NCBI GenBank assembly: GCA_964016885.1
Contig: OZ024740.1
Coordinates: 254,076,001-254,140,000 of the forward strand
Reading direction: 5' to 3'
DNA from: Eledone cirrhosa
Lineage: Eukaryota
Length of the DNA: 64,000 nucleotides
Each line of letters begins with the position of its first letter. Positions within the stretch are counted from its first letter, which is position 1. The notes under the pieces were generated by a model. The model was not told the DNA's origin. It saw only the letters and a program-made list of their open reading frames with translations, and searched no databases. A program made the position numbers and the translations under genes. Shown here in pieces: positions 58,435 through 64,000 of the stretch.

Positions 58435-58529
58435 AAGGGAGTAAGATTCTATACAAAACAGGGTTATACAGGAAAATTGAAATTGTAAATAAAATACTGA
58501 AATACCAGGACACCCGATGGCTCCCAATC

Positions 58530-59730
58530 ATTAGAAACCGAAGAAAACTACAAACAAACTAAAACAATGGGGAATCTCCTGGTATTACTACAAAAATATC
58601 GCAATAGTCTAACCTCAAAAGAATTTGAATACATAAGCCGCTTCAAATGTAAAACAAGTAATTTCTACGGCTTACCGAAGATCCACAAATGTAAACCCAT
58701 AAACAATGACTGTGACTCTTCGACTAACAAATACATACAATTAACACCACCAGAAGACTTAAAACTCAAACCAATTATAGCAGTCCCTGTGTGTGAAACC
58801 CTCAGACGTAGGAACTTCCTGGAGATCCTACTAAAGCCCTTCCTAAAACATATACAGAATTACATACGGGAAGATCTTGGTATGCTGAACCACCTACCCA
58901 AAAGAATAAGTGAAGACACTATTCTTGTCTCCTTTGACATAATGAACCTTTACACTAACATGCCCCACGACTATGGAATAACGGCAATCCAGTACTGGCT
59001 AGACACTCAACAATCTGAAATACCAACACGCATCAACAAAAACTTTATTATTGACGGACTCCGTTTTAACTTACAGAATAATTATATTACTTTCAATGAT
59101 TCAACCTACCAACAAACCTCAGGTACTGCAATGAGCACAAAGGTAGCCCCACATACGCCAATTTGGTCATGGAATTCAACGAACAACAAATTTACAACCA
59201 ATCTCTTCTATTATTCGGAGACTCTTTCCTTATACACCTCAAAAATAATTGGAAGTGATACCAGACGATAGCTTTATACTATGGCAGGAAAACATGAATA
59301 CACTCACTATTTTCAAAAATATGATAAACAACATTAACAATAAGATACAATTCACAATGAAATCCAACTCGAAGGAATTAGCCTTCTTGGATATCCACAT
59401 TTTAAAAACAGATGGGGAAATCGAAACAGACATCTTTTATAAACCCACGGACTCCAAACAGTACCTCCTCTTCACATCAAGTCACCCAAAACATATAAAA
59501 CTTAACATTCCTTTTAACTTAGCCAAACGTATATACACCATAGAATCAGACCCAACTAAACGGGAACAAAGACTAAATGAACTAAAAAAACACACTTACC
59601 TTAAGAGCCTTCCCACTTGACATAATTATTAACGGAATAGACAGAGCAAAACACGTAAATTTTCATCAACTTAACAATCCAAAGCCAGAACCACGAACAA
59701 TACATTACCATATGTGTCCACCTTCAGGTA
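58530..59730 (+). pseudogene. PLE reverse transcriptase (Neptune/Poseidon-like), frameshifted
   Basis: FYGLPKIHK, LKPIIA, LVSFDIMNLYTN, YQQTSGTAM, PDDSFILW, LAFLDI, FYKPTDSKQYLLFTSSHP. Confidence 0.92.
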
Positions 59731-60119
59731 TGTGTCCACCTATAGGTATATATATATATTATAGTTGGAGAATAAACAACCAAATTCTTGAAATAATATT
59801 TATTCGTTTACAATAGGACGAATCACAATTCGATCCATAAGAACGAAATATATTTTAATCGATAGGGCTAGGTGTTTATTCTCCCACTATAATGTTCAAA
59901 TTTACGCTCTGCCTATACACTTTTTGCAAGGTTTATATTTCTCTTGCTTGCTTTCACTGCACGCTTGTCTTGCATGTTATACGTATTGAGCAGACTGTCC
60001 TCTTCACTACTGATTTATAATTCTCACAACTAATTTCTAATCTCTCCTTCTTGATTGGATTGTACACTTACATTTGATATATATACACATATATATATAT
60101 ATGTATATATATATATACA

Positions 60120-60167
<48 letters not shown>

Positions 60168-60182
60168 CATATATATATATAT

Positions 60183-60256
<74 letters not shown>

Positions 60257-60335
60257 TTATTTATTTATTTATTAAAATAACAGATTAAAGTTTAAGCAAA
60301 GAATCGCTGCTTTCACCCTTAAGATCCCGTTAAGC

Positions 60336-60724
<389 letters not shown>

Positions 60725-60768
60725 TAGAAGGGATATTTAATTTGTTGGAAATTCAACAAATATAAATG

Positions 60769-63166
60769 TTTAGTGAGTTGGTCCCAGGGTTACTTACTCC
60801 AGTAAGTACCACCGGAACCCAACTACTACATTTAATAGAAATAAGAGATAGGAGAATGTTCATACAATTTCATGCCGTGTGAGAATTATCTCTCAATACA
60901 TCTGAAGTAATAACTGAAGCATAATAAGTTTCTCAAAACGAGTATCAAAATAACTTGCGTTTATTGTAGTCCTTGAATTACATATGTGGTAAACAAATGT
61001 GCCTCGTGGCATGACGAGGTATAATCCTGAATTATAAGATATGGTTGAAAAAAGGTTAGCATGCTTGCGCTCGATGTGACCAGTTTGAGAGGTGCCGCCA
61101 AGAAGAGAGTAAGTGAGCAAGAGATGTCGAGTGACGTCAGAACACTCCCTTATATACTGGCCACGGGAAGTAACTACAATTAGTTTTTTCTCCCCGGGCA
61201 AGGTGGCGCTAGTCGCTACAAGGCTCCCCTCCAGACGATAGTCGATAATAACCGTCATTGTAGCGAGGAGCCGTGGAATAAGGAGCAAGCAAAACAAAAG
61301 GTACATAAATTACAATGATTACAAACTGTCGTCCACGATCCGTAGTTATTTTAGCAGGAACACCAAAGCGAGCAATCCAATTGGAAATGAAAGCTCGGGC
61401 AACGGACTCTGCTGTTATGTCCACTAGGAGTATGGCTTCAGGCCACAGAGAGAAACGATCGTTTCTCTCGGTGGCCTGAATGTGAACCCACGACTAACGG
61501 GCCAAGGACCAACAATATCCATATGAATATGATGGAAACGTGCGTCTGGCGGGCTGAATAGTGCTGTAAGAAATCCGCACCGAGAATAGGATGAGGTAGG
61601 TCGGCAATGACAAAAATCCATTTGAAATCTCGACGCAAAGCTAGGTCCAATGATAAAGATATCTGTCCATAAGTTTTTATAGGAGACTGGTTTACTGCAT
61701 ACAACGAAATGCCGGAAAGAGTTGGCTTGGTAGAGTTGAACCGTAAGGGCCAAATACTGCAACTAGATCCTGTGTCCACCATAAATTATTTGTTTGAAAC
61801 TCGGTCTCTGATGAAGGAAGCACGATAAGGTGAATTGTTAAGGGAGAGGTCTGCTGTGTTCATACTCTCCAAACTTAGTTTTTTCGATGCCCCAAAAGAG
61901 CAGGGCTGAATACAATGTTTGGCCTTTTCACGAAAACGCATGTGATACCAACACAAAGACGAGTTGTTGGCGTGGAGGTTGGCGCGACGGTGAACGGAAG
62001 AAGACCGACTTCGTGAACGCCACCTAGATGGCGTTCGATCCCTACATAGTTTAGCTACTTGCCTAGTTAACGCGTCAATGGCTCTCAACATTGAGTCCTC
62101 ACGAGGTGAAGCAGGCTGGGTTTTGAAAGCAGAAGAGGCAATGACCGAATCAGCCGAGGTAGGTTCTCTAGAAAATTCAATAATTCTGTCCGCAGAGGCA
62201 GCAATTTGGTTTGCAAACGGGAGCACATTGGTTGGCAAACGGGAGAAGAATAACTTTTTTACGAAGGAACTGTTTCGGGCGCAGCATCACTGAGTTCACG
62301 GATACGCCGTAAAAACTCTGTAGGAGTTCTGTCCCCCAGATTTTCATTCTCTAATAAGGAACGAACTTTACTCTGAGACGACCTACTGTTCCTACGCAGT
62401 ACCTCTGTCTTCAAAGACTCGTAGGAAACGCCTTGTGGAGAGTCCGTGATTATGTCTTTTACTGTAATTGCTAGTGAAGCTGGAATTCCGCTGATTAGCA
62501 CGTTTAATTTTTGCTGTTTTTCGTGTACTCCGTTGACCGCAAAATACGTATCGAGCTGGGCGAACCACAATTTGGCATCGCCAGAATACGCTGGTAACGA
62601 TGTGTTGCTCATGATGAAATTTGGTCGAGAGAGATGATTTTCTTTTCAAAACGTCGGGAGAAATTATATGTTCAAACGTCGATAGAAATTATATGTTCAG
62701 ACGGGGTCACCACTTTTAGTGAGTTCGTCCCAGGGTTACTTACTCCAGTAAGTACCACCGGAACCCAACTACTACATTTAATAGAAATAAGAGATAGGAG
62801 AATTTTCATACAATTTCATGCCGTGTGAGAATTATCTCTCAATACATCTGAAGTAATAACTGAGGCATGATAAGCTTCTCAAAACAAGTATCAAAATAAC
62901 TTGCGTTTATTGTAGTCCATGTATTACAAATGTGCTAAACAAATGCGCCTCGTGGCATGACAAGGTATAATCCTGAATTATAAGATATGGTTGAAAAAGG
63001 TTAGCATGCTTGCGCTCGATGTGATCAGTTTGAGAACAGCCGCCAAGAAGAGAGTAAGTGAGCAAGGGAGGTCAAGTGACGTCAGAACACTCCCTTATAT
63101 ACTGACCACGAGGAAGTAACTCCAATTAGTTTTTTCTCCCCAGGCAAGATGGCGCTAGTCGCTACA
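60769..63166 (-). mobile_element. Gypsy/Ty3 LTR retrotransposon, internally deleted
   Basis: 452-bp LTRs 60769-61220 and 62715-63166; 4-bp TSD AATG; PBS tggtgaccccg (tRNA-Trp type); PPT ggaggggagcc; gag (LWFAQLDTYF, CWYHMRFREKAKHCIQPC), protease (VDTGSS), integrase pieces ([26 protein letters not shown]); RT/RNaseH absent. Confidence 0.95.
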
Positions 63167-63292
63167 AATGTTTATAACTGATTCAGAACACTCGACAGAT
63201 TTCTGGAGTAAATATTCAATGACTATCCAAGGAAAATTCAACTGATAAGGTATGTTTCCTTGGCTATGTCAAAATTTATAAAACACACTTTG

Positions 63293-63354
63293 TATTTTAT
63301 CTGATGAAAGCGTACCAGAGTTTTTGGTACACTTGAAATATATATAATAGAATA
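63293..63354 (+). ncRNA. Canonical type I hammerhead ribozyme
   Basis: tattttat-CTGATGA-aagcgtacca gagtttt tggtacactt-GAAA-tatata-TA-atagaata; related to 25235/40108 family. Confidence 0.88.
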
Positions 63355-63401
63355 AATATAGTTTTATAAATATAGTTTCCATTTATTTAATATCATTTAA
63401 T

Positions 63402-63440
<39 letters not shown>

Positions 63441-63733
63441 TATAAATTATGTCCATAGAATCATTTGATAAGATATATACTCAATTTCCTCTCCCAATTA
63501 GTATAATCAACCACACAAAAAACCAATTAAACCAGGCTATAAGATTAAAAGGCACCTATGAAGAAATAATAGATAAATAAACGACAGCCATCTATTCGCG
63601 ATCAACAGCTATAGAATATTTACCCACCATTTCAATAGCACGTGGAAATCGATTAAATATATCGTCAACCATACACAATTAGGTATAAAATTAAAGTTAG
63701 AAGAAAAAAGGCATATACACATACCAGGATTAC

Positions 63734-63815
63734 GTTTCTAACCTTTAGGGTTTCGTTCGCTTTCGGGAATATCCTATCAAGGATAAATTCTCGAGCTTCG
63801 AACTCATCAGGAAAC
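63734..63815 (-). ncRNA. Type I hammerhead ribozyme, extended stem II
   Basis: gtttc-CTGATGA-gttcg...tcgagaat..atcct tgat aggat attcccga...cgaac-GAAA-ccctaaaggt-TA-gaaac (one stem III mismatch). Confidence 0.72.
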
Positions 63816-64000
63816 AAACTCACTAGGACGAAGATTTTTCTTAAATAATCCCCACCAGAAACGAATTCAAAATGGCTAAGAACTGTGACGTGGCAGTGGT
63901 CAAGTCAGAATGAATGTGATTGGTGCCTTACGGCGAGTGGGCTGGTTGCTAGAAAGCGCAACCTAATATTGCCTAAATTGCATCTCAACCTTATGGGAGA

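Overview
AT-rich eukaryotic (metazoan) genomic DNA, most likely from an octopod cephalopod. This is inferred from the SINE/RTE repertoire and the extreme (TA)n content and cannot be proven from this window. There is one 200-N assembly gap. The only host gene I can support is the first coding exon of an ERp29-like ER protein (minus strand, 24253-24372), so 1-24252 is probably its first intron. The rest is decayed and nested mobile DNA: RTE-clade LINEs, tRNA-derived SINEs, Helitron fragments and a head-to-tail Helitron array, a DD37D (maT) transposon, an internally deleted Gypsy LTR element, and many Penelope-like element (PLE) pieces inserted in (TA)n as fold-back/inverted structures. The main hidden signal is RNA structure. 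I find about 30 type I hammerhead ribozyme (HHR) or HHR-like motifs, from roughly a dozen sequence families, on both strands. They include a non-coding 433-nt tandem monomer carrying one HHR per unit (retrozyme/circRNA-like), families with conserved non-canonical catalytic cores (CCGACGA, CAGAAGA, CUGAGAA), and families with very long stem II. Complete HHRs are absent from the sense strand of the ERp29 intron. All folds were assigned by eye, and no ribozyme activity has been tested.
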